Of a stretch of DNA of 55,083 nucleotides, positions 17,701 through 27,472 are shown piece by piece. A program made the position numbers and the translations under genes. The notes beneath the pieces were generated by a model. It did no database searches. It was not told the DNA's origin and saw only the letters and a list, made by a program, of their open reading frames with translations. The stretch's first letter is position 1; every line of letters begins with the position of its first letter. The stretch is from a virus. Its lineage: Duplodnaviria; Caudoviricetes. The stretch is from IMG/VR virus record IMGVR_UViG_3300023284_000540, positions 1 through 55,083 of that record. One strand, given 5' to 3'.

Positions 17701-20700
17701 GACCTATATCTCCATAGATATAAATCTCCCTGTAAGGAGCCCTGGTGAAGTCCGGCTCCTTGTTATTAGCATTGCGAGTGAATACCTCCACCAACCACTG
17801 ATCCTTGACCAGATTACCTACATTGACCCGCATCAGGGTGAATGTATCTTTGCCAGCTACGGAGAATTCCCCAGTAATATCCTCGGTCCTGTGATGTAAC
17901 TGATGCACGATGTATACGGATGTGGTATCAGGCGTAGTTATCCAGTCACCGTCAATGTAAATCTTGTCCCCAATATTATCCTTGATGATGTAGCTCTCAT
18001 CTACACCTGTGCCGCCAATGAACCGCAGTACGAATCCCTTCAAGCCACCATCGCCGCCCTCATCATCCCCTAGGGACTGGCCACCCTGTCCGAAACCTGT
18101 ATCTTCAATGAATTCACCAGTTGCATCACTTCCTACAGAGGTAGCCTTGGTGCGGATCGCAACAATCGCACCTCCTCCATAATCGAAGGAACCTGGATTG
18201 GCCTGACCCGCAGAGAGGGTTAGCACGGTCCCTGTATTAGACGCAATCAGGAACTCAGCCTGTGCCATGCCACCCCCTTCTGACAGTGGCAGGGCAGGGT
18301 CAACTATGCCTATCAGACTGACATATCTCCCGGCCAGCACATTGGTAGTGAAGCCGGGACTGACGGTCAGGGTTATCGTGGTAGCTGTGGTACTGGCTAC
18401 CTCTCCCTTCCAGATTCCAGAGTGGCTGATCTGTTTGAGGCGGACTACAAGACTCTTCGCCCATTGATCCGGCGCCCCCTTATAGTGTGCGTAGTAACCT
18501 TCTGGGAAGTTGGTGGCGTCATTGAATCCCTCGAAGGAGATATCGGTCGGCCTAGCGTTCGGACCCGTTACTGTGATAGGAGGAGAGGTAGGAGCAGTGC
18601 CGTCATATTCCACCTGCCAGGATAATCTGTGCGGATCAGTGCCGAAGAACAGCTCCCAAAACGGATTAGTGGAGTCCCACGTAAGGCCTGAAATCTTGAC
18701 TGTATTGGTGTTGGTCCCCGCTGGCACGGCAACCGCCGCTATCTCAGAGAGTGTGGTACGAAGGTCACCGGAGTCCACGCCACAGACAGCAATGAAATAT
18801 GTCCTGCCTCCTTTTAAGAACCCTCCGGTGCTGGCCGTGGTAGCTATGAAGCTGGCATGAGGTGGGCGCAGAGCCGCCGAGAACTTGTTGATGGGCATCC
18901 TTCCAGCTACCATGATCTGCGGTATCTTGGTCCCATCCTGACTCTGTACGTATCTCTGTGCAATACCGAAACTATAATCCTTGACCGGTTTGAGAGTAGC
19001 CGCCGTAGAGCCCGGATGCTGCACCATCGCGGGGCTCCATCCGAATGGTATTGTCCTGCTAGATAGCAGTACCAAGTCCCTAGGTACGGGAGTTCCGTAC
19101 TCGCCTACAGCAAAGCCATATACATTTACATCACTCTCTCTCAGGAATGGCTTTGTAACCATCGCCAACCCGCCAGACTTATCCTTTACCTGCCCTAGAG
19201 AGAAGTTATTGACCTCAAAGGTCTTACCTGACCAGCTAAATCGAGAGTGAGTCCATGCTACAACATCCCCAGGTTGAGTCTTATACAGAGCCAAGCTGCA
19301 TGTAAGCTCCACACTGACCTGGCGACGGTTTCTTTCAAGCTCTATCTTAGCCAGCCTTTGAGCCATCCAGGGACTATTGGTGAAGGGCAGGGATATGTCA
19401 TTGTATATTCTGTCCCCGCCGTCCTCTGCCTCATAGACGGTCGAGGTAACAGGGGGGAAGTCGGTCTCTTTGTGATCGTTATCCGGGTCAATGAATACAC
19501 CCTTCACAGCATTAAACAGATCACGAGTACTTCTCTTAGACTCAATAGTGACGGGAGCGACAACATCTTTGTCCTCGATGGTTATCACTGTTGGTGTCCT
19601 GAATGCACCGGGGAGTATGACCCATTTACCGGATATGGGCAGTATTGCACCAGCCATAGCACCCGCCAGCCTGGGTATGATGGTCCTGGGCCTGCCCCAT
19701 TCAAATACTCCATTGACGGTGTACCTTTTCTCTGACCCTTCTCCCGCAGGTAGAGTAATGACCTCATCGCAAATATTAGCCGCCGCTATTAAGGCGGTCT
19801 CGTCTATCTCCGAGTAGGGCGCCCCGAATCCTCCTCTGATCTTGGAAGTGACTAAATAATCCGCAGCACAAAGGGCGGCGTTGTCTGAGTAATTCAGCTC
19901 GAATGATTCCCCCCCGGATGTGTAAGCCCCACTGCCAGCACTGCCGTCCAACTCGTAAGTAGTTGAGGTTAATACAGTTATGCCCCACTCACCATTAGCG
20001 GCCTTGTTCCCCCCTACGTCCCGTACCCTGACAACTTCACCCGTAGCATAGTCATGGGCCGTTGATGTGGTTATGACAATTGGAGTGGCATTGGTGGCAT
20101 TAGTGATAGTCTTTCTGGTGGCTGGCGTTGCCCTAGGATCATACATGAGCTTTCCAGCCACATCGAAGGAGATTCTAGGAGGGCCGCTCTGGAACGCCTC
20201 CTTCGTGAAGTTGAGACGGATATAGGCATTAGCCACTCCCCTCTGCCTGTGACTCGAAGTCCAGATTCCCAACGAATCGGATATAAGAGTGGTGTCCGCC
20301 GCCTGCCCATCTTCTCCTCTACCTACATTAATCAATACCCTTCCAAGGTACTGTCCCGATCCCAAAGCCTTCACCCTGACTACAGGAGGACCCGGCAGGG
20401 AAGTTACTATAGATAAGGGTACAGGTGTAGCATCTCCCTGGAAGTTTAGATCAACAATTCCGTGTATGACATGCCCAGCCAGGCTGACCAGGACTAACAT
20501 ATCTACATTGTTGGCCCCTACTGGTCTTTGGAATGTTATGATACCGCCCACTCTAGCCGTACCATATATAGTTCTGCGGACTGCCGCCGCCTGCCTCACC
20601 GTGACTTGGAGACCTCTGATCTTCTCAGTGGGCTTCTTCCTGAGAGCTTCAGAAATACCTGCTAAAGTCAGAGAGAAACCTATGGCAGCGACACCAATAA

Positions 20701-20812
20701 GTAGCTTTGCACCTAGGAACGCCAACGGCTGAAACCCAGGTATGACGGATAACCCTATAAGGGCTGCCCCGGCTACTACTTTAACTACAGCTCCCACTAC
20801 CCAATCCTCCAA
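14741..20812 (-). CDS. Tail tip/host-specificity protein (gpJ-like hub) with three carbohydrate-binding-module-like domains
   Basis: IYGTARVGG, SDNAALCAADYL, FNAVKGVFIDP, AQRLAKIELER; repeats LINGSFE/LVRNPTFE/LATNPNFE; true start probably near 20797. Confidence 0.88.
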   Translation of the reverse strand: MEDWVVGAVVKVVAGAALIGLSVIPGFQPLAFLGAKLLIGVAAIGFSLTLAGISEALRKKPTEKIRGLQVTVRQAAAVRRTIYGTARVGGIITFQRPVGANNVDMLVLVSLAGHVIHGIVDLNFQGDATPVPLSIVTSLPGPPVVRVKALGSGQYLGRVLINVGRGEDGQAADTTLISDSLGIWTSSHRQRGVANAYIRLNFTKEAFQSGPPRISFDVAGKLMYDPRATPATRKTITNATNATPIVITTSTAHDYATGEVVRVRDVGGNKAANGEWGITVLTSTTYELDGSAGSGAYTSGGESFELNYSDNAALCAADYLVTSKIRGGFGAPYSEIDETALIAAANICDEVITLPAGEGSEKRYTVNGVFEWGRPRTIIPRLAGAMAGAILPISGKWVILPGAFRTPTVITIEDKDVVAPVTIESKRSTRDLFNAVKGVFIDPDNDHKETDFPPVTSTVYEAEDGGDRIYNDISLPFTNSPWMAQRLAKIELERNRRQVSVELTCSLALYKTQPGDVVAWTHSRFSWSGKTFEVNNFSLGQVKDKSGGLAMVTKPFLRESDVNVYGFAVGEYGTPVPRDLVLLSSRTIPFGWSPAMVQHPGSTAATLKPVKDYSFGIAQRYVQSQDGTKIPQIMVAGRMPINKFSAALRPPHASFIATTASTGGFLKGGRTYFIAVCGVDSGDLRTTLSEIAAVAVPAGTNTNTVKISGLTWDSTNPFWELFFGTDPHRLSWQVEYDGTAPTSPPITVTGPNARPTDISFEGFNDATNFPEGYYAHYKGAPDQWAKSLVVRLKQISHSGIWKGEVASTTATTITLTVSPGFTTNVLAGRYVSLIGIVDPALPLSEGGGMAQAEFLIASNTGTVLTLSAGQANPGSFDYGGGAIVAIRTKATSVGSDATGEFIEDTGFGQGGQSLGDDEGGDGGLKGFVLRFIGGTGVDESYIIKDNIGDKIYIDGDWITTPDTTSVYIVHQLHHRTEDITGEFSVAGKDTFTLMRVNVGNLVKDQWLVEVFTRNANNKEPDFTRAPYREIYIYGDIGLTLSGGGATFFLRGKYVPDQANGAPNVGEIDFDPINAGEDYTIFHPDGTVITIPIANRSRISQFALESYTGRVFIIFSKALVNSVRGLAAFQDSHILVVRHIQGGWEYDQNGFWVSFTPVDTDIIIFQVERSGSGWTGKKTQYIGAALEAVVLATQDRFPNMLINGSFETGDTEGWTTTSSSAAIVDTAGAPHDGTYALRKPESDGASVFSSYIPISTGDRVLISAWAKRDPASLPGDIAAIRIKEYDGSKVLGTTSATANADEAISTYQYLRKIIDIIDSDTEFFRIEIGTNPGSGHWFFDNVHVSIIPAELDINALNLTNASGAIELVRNPTFEGGDRDWTKGPDFTIVNDAPNAYDGSWVAKSVGTSNSPLINDVFIPIQPGDRLMASCMIKRTAGDGSPKVNIRWKDSSKANIGVAVGNGITSSTYAPSRVLGTAPASTFFATIEGGPGAPTVSQTAFYDGFQATFFPQDLDDVGDSATRFAAVEAGADQTAGKSIDVLVDGVHVKIPLLSSYNLATNPNFEAGTELPPLGWKASGNATLAYETAAPYRGKRSLKFTNVGGGFDGIESIQHFAVIEGERMLIRGAAKVTSGDTCTIQLWFADKDGGFVNTIQIGTTSTSFVVIEAEGTVPVNAVWCRVGAHAGSADNGQTGWVDDMFAIRVAQAKELRFADDTTVESLQPAEAGADATAGKSLTVLTDRTAANVNAEITIHRSTSAPGDTSQLWLDINVVPYVLKRHNGAIWVIASPADLDDIINSATRFAAVEAGADKTLNNTAANITGQGALATKASVNLATGEVTNKTLVNIADTSAFKRLEQGTSFPSPTSANQFFYKTDTDELWQRNSGDTDWVLRAGRSNENSATASDSSPETSSTTYAVVPQMTITYTPKTTKVLLLYNMNVHAQSGTPLPQFSFFQDSVNMGDATERIYKLTSTDEVLISLSFLKTGLTPGTSYVFDFRWRRAGGSGTIRSNLKRRNFQVEDII

Positions 20813-21240
20813 GCCTTAGAGCATTCTCTAGTTAGCACTCTTTCCAACCCGTCCGGACCAGCAAAGCAAGCCCACACCCCATCCATGCCGACTATACCCA
20901 GAGCCATGCCGGATTCGAGTGTAATCATTACACAATCTCCCCTGCGGGCGAACAGGATAGGGACCTCCCGAATACCATGTTCCTCCGCGACCATGCTATA
21001 GAAGGCCACGGGTCCACTATCTCCAACTGCTTCATTTATAAGGACATGGCCCTCCTCCTGCGTGGAATACAAGCCTCGCACAGACAGTGCTAGATCGACC
21101 CCGGTGATAGCTAATACAGCATCACATGCGAACAAGGCACAATCATTCACACCTATCTGAAATGGGATGTGCATTTTATCCGAGAAGAATTGAACCAGGC
21201 GGCTCTCCCAGTCAGGGAAACGAATGAGGGAATTAGGCAC
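20797..21240 (-). CDS. DUF6950/NlpC-like tail assembly protein
   Basis: RFPDWESRL, NDCALFACDAV..ITGVD, ARRGD; GTG start after AGGAGG. Confidence 0.8.
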   Translation of the reverse strand: MPNSLIRFPDWESRLVQFFSDKMHIPFQIGVNDCALFACDAVLAITGVDLALSVRGLYSTQEEGHVLINEAVGDSGPVAFYSMVAEEHGIREVPILFARRGDCVMITLESGMALGIVGMDGVWACFAGPDGLERVLTRECSKAWRIG

Positions 21241-21255
21241 TATCCCTCCTGTGCT

Positions 21256-21292
21256 TACGTGAGATTGTAGCATGAGAATTTTAGTCTGTCAA
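21256..21292 (-). promoter_or_regulatory. Internal promoter TTGACA-N17-TACAAT with extended -10 and CTCACGTA
   Basis: -35 at 21292-21287, -10 at 21269-21264. Confidence 0.7.
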
Positions 21293-21300
21293 GTGTTATT

Positions 21301-21954
21301 TTAGTCATCATCGTCATCATCATCATCATCATCGTCTCTCTCAATACGGGTACTACCTCCCGAAGTGGCCGCAAATTGAGAGGGTCCCGGTTCACCCCAA
21401 GGCATACGGGCACCTTCTATTTCCTCCACGAACTCAAATCCCTTATCATTAGGGAACTCGGAAACTTGATCCTCCTCTGTATATCTTCTTTCCCTAGTTC
21501 TATTTAGCTCGATCAACCTACTTTCACAGGATATTCTGAGAGAGGATGTATCTGATTCCTTTGCTCCTTCTATCAGCTTCACGGAATCAGTTCTGCCAGA
21601 GAAAGATAAGTAAGGGTCAACTACGATGACATCGCTAGAGTCAAGCAACCCAAAGTAGACCTTGACGGGTTTGAATGGCCGGGAATCTGTCAAGGCTAGA
21701 GTCACCATGCCACTGGGTATGCCTGACAGGGTTAGGATTAAACCCACAGCGTTAACACCTGAAGTCTCAGGAATGGCTGATATTGATCCGAAGTCACCTA
21801 CCCCCAGCCAGGTTTGCGAGTTCCAGGTCCTCGAGCCTAAGCCAGTCCATAGGCGCTGAGTGGCAGATGCCGTCTCGATCTCCACGAAGTATGCAGGGCG
21901 CACCACCTTCTGCCCGATCTCGGTCAACATGCCGGAGGTTAATCCTCTAGCCAT
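21301..21954 (-). CDS. Minor tail protein (gpL/hub-like) with poly-Asp C-terminus
   Basis: LWTGLG..TW...TWLGVGDFG, ERRYT.EDQ...FP.DKGFEFV; TAATG-coupled start. Confidence 0.8.
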   Translation of the reverse strand: MARGLTSGMLTEIGQKVVRPAYFVEIETASATQRLWTGLGSRTWNSQTWLGVGDFGSISAIPETSGVNAVGLILTLSGIPSGMVTLALTDSRPFKPVKVYFGLLDSSDVIVVDPYLSFSGRTDSVKLIEGAKESDTSSLRISCESRLIELNRTRERRYTEEDQVSEFPNDKGFEFVEEIEGARMPWGEPGPSQFAATSGGSTRIERDDDDDDDDDDD

Positions 21955-22568
21955 TATATTGACTCCATAACTTTGAAGGACAGGCCATATATCTGGGCTT
22001 GGTCTATATCCCACTCGCGCACATTGCCGACTAACCTGAACAAACCAACGGGGTTAACAAAGGAACAAGCTGCTGAGTCGGCAGGGGAGGTGATCCTTAG
22101 TTGAGGCCGTATAGCTATAGATGCAGGGCCAGTAGTATCAGCCACTACCATGTATAGTCTCTTGACCGAACTGGGGTGGAGGACTTGTATAAAGTCCCCC
22201 CTTAGTAGTTGTCCGGTCCAGCCTTTTAGCAGAATAGTCGTACCTGTTTGGGAGGCGCCATCCACCAGGGGCGTACCTGTCGCCGTACCCCTAGGATTCT
22301 TCTCAGCCCCATCAGGTCCTAGGTAAAACTCGTTTGATCCCCCATCATTCTCCATCAGGAATGCTAGCCAGTCGGCAGCCTCGGCCCTCTCCATAGGAGG
22401 CAATTGTACATCCGCCTCCAGAGCGTCTCCAGGCCACACAGTAACTTGCTGCTGTTTGGTGAACTCAGACTCAGTGATGCCAATGAGCTTGATGTACCTC
22501 CACTTGGTCTTCATGTACCCGGTACCGCTGCCAGGTTTGGTTATGGTGGGTAATGTGATAATAGCCAT
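21954..22568 (-). CDS. Distal tail protein (Dit-like)
   Basis: Directly follows the tape measure gene; LPPMERAEA..W.AFL, P.GLFRL motifs. Confidence 0.75.
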   Translation of the reverse strand: MAIITLPTITKPGSGTGYMKTKWRYIKLIGITESEFTKQQQVTVWPGDALEADVQLPPMERAEAADWLAFLMENDGGSNEFYLGPDGAEKNPRGTATGTPLVDGASQTGTTILLKGWTGQLLRGDFIQVLHPSSVKRLYMVVADTTGPASIAIRPQLRITSPADSAACSFVNPVGLFRLVGNVREWDIDQAQIYGLSFKVMESI

Positions 22569-22585
22569 GATGTAATCATTACACC

Positions 22586-25500
22586 TTAGAATCCTCTTAG
22601 AGCCATCTCCTTTGTAGTAATAACGGCGTTCTCTACAGACTGATTTTGCATTTCCTCAAGGGCATTGGTTATACGTTGCACCACTGACACATCTGCTCCT
22701 CTGGCATCAATGAAGTTGTTGACAGTATTGCCACTTATCCTGTCAAGTGGTACAGCACTGCCGGATGTACCGGGTAGTATCAATTCAGGTACCCCGCTTA
22801 TGAATGCTTGATTGGCTCTGAACAGACCACCTGTATCGAACACGGGAAGGGTGAGTCCCTTCAGGATATCCGTGTTTAGAAAGTCTTTGCTTACGGCTGC
22901 CGTAGGTGCTGATGCCGCCGCTCCTGCGCCGGGAGCAAAGCCTCCAAATATAGCTTTGGTTATGAGACCAAAGAGTCCTCCAAACCCACCAGATTGCTTG
23001 GAGGCGGTTACCATATCGGACTGGCCGGTGAGCCAGGCGGCAACCATGTCAAATACGGCCCCCTCAAAGGATCGGGCCAGCTCGTCAAAGATGTTGGCCA
23101 TAGCATCCTGGAAAGACTCAGCGGATCGTATGTTGCGATTAAACATAGATTGTAAATCGTCCCCAATCCTGTTTATTACCTGCCGCCTTCGCTGTCCTCC
23201 GATCTCCTCCAAAAGAGTCTTGGCTTCTTGTAGTGCAGCAAAATTCTTCTCATCGTCTCCGTAGAATATTCTTTGCCTTTCAATCTGTTTGGCTGTACGA
23301 GCATCAATCCGAGCCATAACCAGGGTGAATTTATTAGCTCGGCCCTCTAGTGATTGTTCTCGGAGAATATCTACCTGATTCAGTAAGTCCTCATGCCTCA
23401 GTGCTTTGGCCTCCTCCACTCTGGCCTCAATGGCAGCCTGGGTGTTGTCTCTCTTTAGCTGTGCCCTGAATATGGCATCATCAGCCTTATTCATGGCAAG
23501 GATTCTGGCCTGCTCAGCCTTGGCGGTCTTTGCTGCTGCGGCATCTCGTAAGGCTTGCTTCTTCAGCTCAGTATTGGCCAGAATGATCAGCTCATTAGCG
23601 GCTAGGGACTCTTGGCTAGCTGAATCATTACTGAAGTTTCTTCTTTCCCTCTCTATATCCCTCTGGGCCGCCGCATCCAAGGAAGCCTGCTTTTGATCGA
23701 GAGTTCTCTTCTGTAGGGATTCGTTCTCCAGTATCAGAGCCACCCGCCTTTGCGCTATCCGTTCCTCGACACTAAGCTGATCCTTAGCCAGCTTGGTTTC
23801 ATTGGCCTTTTGTGCTTCTACTAGGTCAGCCCTGATCCGGTCTAGTCTTATTTGGTTGAAGCTGCCCCTCTCTTCTATTTTGTTTAACTCTTCAAGTTGG
23901 TCAATCAAGCTAGCTTGCTTGAGTCGTTTGGCACTGAAGTCCTTCTCGAATAAGTCTAACCTTCTAGCATCTGCGGCTCTTTGTGCAGCTTCCGCATCCT
24001 TAGCTCCTAATGTCGGGTCCTCGCCACCTTCTATCTTTGCCCTTGTCTTCTCCGCTTCCGCTAGAGCGTTGGTCACAGCTATTAACCTAAGCTCCGCATC
24101 CACCTGTTCAATAACCCCTCGAATGAGTTCGTCCTGGTTTAAGCGGAGAACGGCTAATCTCCCGCCCTCTCTCCTAATTATTTCTTTACGCCTCTCTAGA
24201 GCCTCCTGTATTCTGTTCTCTCTATCCAGAGCCTTGAACTCTCTCTCCTGGAGTTCATCTAACCCCTTATTAGTTATTTCTATGGCCTCAAGTGCACTCT
24301 TCAGCCCACCCACAAGTGCAGCACCGAACGTCACCCTGGCGGCATTTGCTATCCTCTGACCCAATATCGTCATTTGGTCAGATAGATTGCTTGCCCTCTC
24401 GGCAGCTAAGTCCTCTATACTGGTAAGGTTACCGAAAGAGGCCACCACCTCCTCTATAGTGGCACCCTCTTTCAGCAAGACGGCTATGAACTTGGATGTT
24501 CTGGCCTCTAAACCCAGTTGGACCGAGTTGAAAGCATTAGTGGCCTCATCCGTTGTGCCTATAGCTTTGGCTAACTCTTTCATTACATCGGAGAATTCCT
24601 TGCCTGTGTTCCCAGCCTTACCCAAGGAAGGAACCAGGTCATCCCATGCCTTCTGGTTCTGTACAGCCTCATCCCGCAACCTCTGCATGATCTGGCCCAG
24701 AATTTCTCCAGAGCGGGAGGCATCTATGTTCTTCAGCCCCATAACTGTAAGGGCAGCCACAACTTGCTGGAAACTGTTACTTGTCTTGTCCGCAGCGGAC
24801 GCAGCGGCAGCCAATCCTTGCAACAACTCCAAAGGAGCTTGGCCACCTTCTCTGGAGGCAGTGACTATTGTTTTGGCTATGAGTTCCAGGTTCTTGAGCC
24901 TATCCTCTTCAGTCCTGATATTGAACTCTGTCTTGAAACCCCTCTGGATAGCCACAAGGAGCTTTATGGATTCCCCTAGGTCCGCGTTGGCAGCCACGCT
25001 GAACGCCACAAAGGCAGGCCATGAAGCTATGGCTTGTTGAGCAGATAATCCAGCTTCCCTGATTTGCTCCATAGACTCCACGATCTTTGCAGCCGAGACC
25101 GGGAACTGGTTGGACAGGGATGTGGCCGCTGCGGACAATCCCTCCCGCAAGGCGGCGGTCATGCCCTTTATGTTGGCCGTGGATTGTATCAGGGCCTTGT
25201 CAAAATCAGCAGACTTCTTGATGACGGCGCCCAGCCCTAGCACAGTAGCCGCAACTGCAACTGTAGTAGTACCAGCTACACCAATCAACCCTGTTACCAA
25301 GCCTGCTCTACCAGCGACTAGGAAGGAAGAAAGGACTAAGCCTCTAATTGCTTGTCTTTGTATACTCACAGACTCCAAGGTAGCTGCCGTGTCACTGGCT
25401 GCTCTAGCCTTGGTGGCAGCCGCCATATTGACTTGGCTCTGCCTGTGGGCTACGGCTAGTACTTGTTGCAGCGCCAACTGCTGATTGGCAGCCCCCTTCG

Positions 25501-26209
25501 TAAATCCTATCTGAGCTGCCACTGACGCCTGAGTAGCCCCAGCCATGCTGCTAAGCATTAGCTTATGATGTGCGGCCTCACCAGATATGAGAGACCTGGA
25601 GATGGCACTTCTTTCCTTCTCCTGGGCTATTCTCCTGAGTTCCTGCTGCCTCCTTTGCTCGTTCTGAATCTTATTGGCTGCCGTTACCCTTCTATCTATA
25701 TCCAGCTCTCTAGCAGCGGCTTCTTGCCTGAGCTTCTGAAGGATCAACGTAGAGGCAACAGCTTGGTTCTCCTTAACGGAACCTTGAATCGTTAATTCAG
25801 ATGCCTGCTGCTTTAACGCCGCCGCCTGTAAAGCTAGCTCCCCACTTTCTTTCATACCTGCCGAAGTTAGTTTGCCCTGAAGCAAAGCCTTGGATTGGGC
25901 TTGGAGTACAGCCGCTTCATTCCTAAGCCGCTGTCTGGCAGCAGTTACACCCGCCACCGACTGTTTATTGAACTCAGCGGTTAGCTGAGCCACCATAACT
26001 TGTGCTTTCTTGGTAGCAGCCGGAAGGTCTCCGCCAATAAGAGCGGCTATTTCAGCCATCCTCTGCCTTTGATTAGCCAGATCAACGCCAATACCCTTGG
26101 CGAACGCAGATAACTCCGCCTTAGCTGTTCTCAAGTTGGTACGGAACAGGGTAGTCTCCATACCCAGCGTGACGAACAGCTCAGCTATAGGTCCTGTGAA
26201 TCCAGCCAT
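22586..26209 (-). CDS. Tape measure protein
   Basis: 1207 aa, Ala/Gln-rich and helical, IAELFVTLG N-terminus, GVPELILP near the C-terminus; follows the chaperone genes. Confidence 0.92.
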   Translation of the reverse strand: MAGFTGPIAELFVTLGMETTLFRTNLRTAKAELSAFAKGIGVDLANQRQRMAEIAALIGGDLPAATKKAQVMVAQLTAEFNKQSVAGVTAARQRLRNEAAVLQAQSKALLQGKLTSAGMKESGELALQAAALKQQASELTIQGSVKENQAVASTLILQKLRQEAAARELDIDRRVTAANKIQNEQRRQQELRRIAQEKERSAISRSLISGEAAHHKLMLSSMAGATQASVAAQIGFTKGAANQQLALQQVLAVAHRQSQVNMAAATKARAASDTAATLESVSIQRQAIRGLVLSSFLVAGRAGLVTGLIGVAGTTTVAVAATVLGLGAVIKKSADFDKALIQSTANIKGMTAALREGLSAAATSLSNQFPVSAAKIVESMEQIREAGLSAQQAIASWPAFVAFSVAANADLGESIKLLVAIQRGFKTEFNIRTEEDRLKNLELIAKTIVTASREGGQAPLELLQGLAAAASAADKTSNSFQQVVAALTVMGLKNIDASRSGEILGQIMQRLRDEAVQNQKAWDDLVPSLGKAGNTGKEFSDVMKELAKAIGTTDEATNAFNSVQLGLEARTSKFIAVLLKEGATIEEVVASFGNLTSIEDLAAERASNLSDQMTILGQRIANAARVTFGAALVGGLKSALEAIEITNKGLDELQEREFKALDRENRIQEALERRKEIIRREGGRLAVLRLNQDELIRGVIEQVDAELRLIAVTNALAEAEKTRAKIEGGEDPTLGAKDAEAAQRAADARRLDLFEKDFSAKRLKQASLIDQLEELNKIEERGSFNQIRLDRIRADLVEAQKANETKLAKDQLSVEERIAQRRVALILENESLQKRTLDQKQASLDAAAQRDIERERRNFSNDSASQESLAANELIILANTELKKQALRDAAAAKTAKAEQARILAMNKADDAIFRAQLKRDNTQAAIEARVEEAKALRHEDLLNQVDILREQSLEGRANKFTLVMARIDARTAKQIERQRIFYGDDEKNFAALQEAKTLLEEIGGQRRRQVINRIGDDLQSMFNRNIRSAESFQDAMANIFDELARSFEGAVFDMVAAWLTGQSDMVTASKQSGGFGGLFGLITKAIFGGFAPGAGAAASAPTAAVSKDFLNTDILKGLTLPVFDTGGLFRANQAFISGVPELILPGTSGSAVPLDRISGNTVNNFIDARGADVSVVQRITNALEEMQNQSVENAVITTKEMALRGF

Positions 26210-26210
26210 A

Positions 26211-26618
26211 CTAACTCTTCTTCCTCGGGTTGAACGGCTTCAGCTTCCTTTTCTGCCTAGCTCTCTTCTCTGTCATAGCCTTCATACTAGCTTTCAGCTC
26301 CCGACCTCCACTAGCCCCCTTCTCGGAGCCTGATCTAGATGTAATGATTACACTTTCCTTCTTGCCGTCCGGGTACACCATTGACAAGAAGTCGTTTGGA
26401 TTCCACACTCTATCTGATTCTTTTGAACGGAGATACCGGTTGGCTTGGAAGGATGCGATCTGGGCCAGGAAATAGTCTCTAGTCTTGTCCCAATCCAGCC
26501 TCTTGACATCATAAAGGGCAACCACCTTGGCTAGAGTTGACCGCCAGAACTCGTCCTCAGTCATGCCGAGGGCGCGGGCAGTTGCCCAGTATTTCAGCCA
26601 GAAGGAACTGGCGGCTTT
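26211..26618 (-). CDS. Tail assembly chaperone gpT-like segment, probably expressed by -1 frameshift
   Basis: The -1 frame is open upstream of the annotated Met: KAASSFWLKYWATARALGMTEDEFW. Confidence 0.7.
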   Translation of the reverse strand, partial: KAASSFWLKYWATARALGMTEDEFWRSTLAKVVALYDVKRLDWDKTRDYFLAQIASFQANRYLRSKESDRVWNPNDFLSMVYPDGKKESVIITSRSGSEKGASGGRELKASMKAMTEKRARQKRKLKPFNPRKKS

Positions 26619-27040
26619 GTAGGGTCCTCAACCACCTCTGGAACCTTTTCAGAAGCCATAACCATTGCCTTTTCCTCTTCGGTCAGCTCTGGCATGAATA
26701 AGGTCACAGCTTTGGTTATCCTATCTAGGACGTACAGATAATGCTTCAGGCTGTACAGCTTGTCCGCCTCTTCCTGAGTCATCTCAGGGTGGTGGGTCTT
26801 CAACCCATAATACAAGAAAGCCCCGAAGATTTCAGGGCTATGCATGTAAGCAAGGCGGGGCTCCTTGGACATCAAGTTGTACCCCGTGTCCTTGAGAATA
26901 CCCTTCACAGCGTAGTTGTTGAATTCAAGCTGATATTCCTTGCCCTTGAGCATAATAGTGACAATAGGATCGAGCTTAAAGCTCTCCTCGATCCATTTCC
27001 GCCGATCATCACCATTGCTGGTAGTCTTGCTTATGTCCAT
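26594..27040 (-). CDS. Tail assembly chaperone gpG-like
   Basis: Lies between the tail tube and tape measure genes; ends EDPTK... Confidence 0.8.
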   Translation of the reverse strand: MDISKTTSNGDDRRKWIEESFKLDPIVTIMLKGKEYQLEFNNYAVKGILKDTGYNLMSKEPRLAYMHSPEIFGAFLYYGLKTHHPEMTQEEADKLYSLKHYLYVLDRITKAVTLFMPELTEEEKAMVMASEKVPEVVEDPTKPPVPSG

Positions 27041-27459
27041 ACGGGCTGACCTGTTACTTTCATGGTGACTGAAGCGACCAGCACAGTCCCAATATCAGCG
27101 TTGGGCTCGATGTTGGTAATGTAGGCCGCCACATCCACGGTGTCATCCGAGCCCGCTGGAGGGAAGATTATCTTGAAATTCCTCTTGGTACGGGCATAGC
27201 TGTCCACTCTGACGCCTTTGTGGACGACGTTGGCGGGCACCCAGTTGATACTGGCTTGGACGTTGTCCCCATCAGCCAAGCCTGGGATGAACTCTCTGAA
27301 GAAGCCTGTGGAGTCGTGACTGGTCACATCCAATAGATCAAACTTCACAGCAGGCCCTGACAGCTTGGTGACTTCAGGGACAGTGGTAAACACTTCAGGA
27401 CTAGCCGCATCTCCAATCTTGAGGAGAGTGCCGTCCGCAACCTTTGCTATGGTGGGCAT
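27031..27459 (-). CDS. Major tail (tube) protein
   Basis: GTLLKIGD..SPEVFT, DVTSHDS..FREFIPGLADG, KVTGQP. Confidence 0.9.
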   Translation of the reverse strand: MPTIAKVADGTLLKIGDAASPEVFTTVPEVTKLSGPAVKFDLLDVTSHDSTGFFREFIPGLADGDNVQASINWVPANVVHKGVRVDSYARTKRNFKIIFPPAGSDDTVDVAAYITNIEPNADIGTVLVASVTMKVTGQPVWT

Positions 27460-27472
27460 TCTAAATTACCTC

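Noticed and set aside
22812-25795. Several long plus-strand ORFs
   Set aside because: Antisense shadows of the Ala/Leu-rich tape measure gene.
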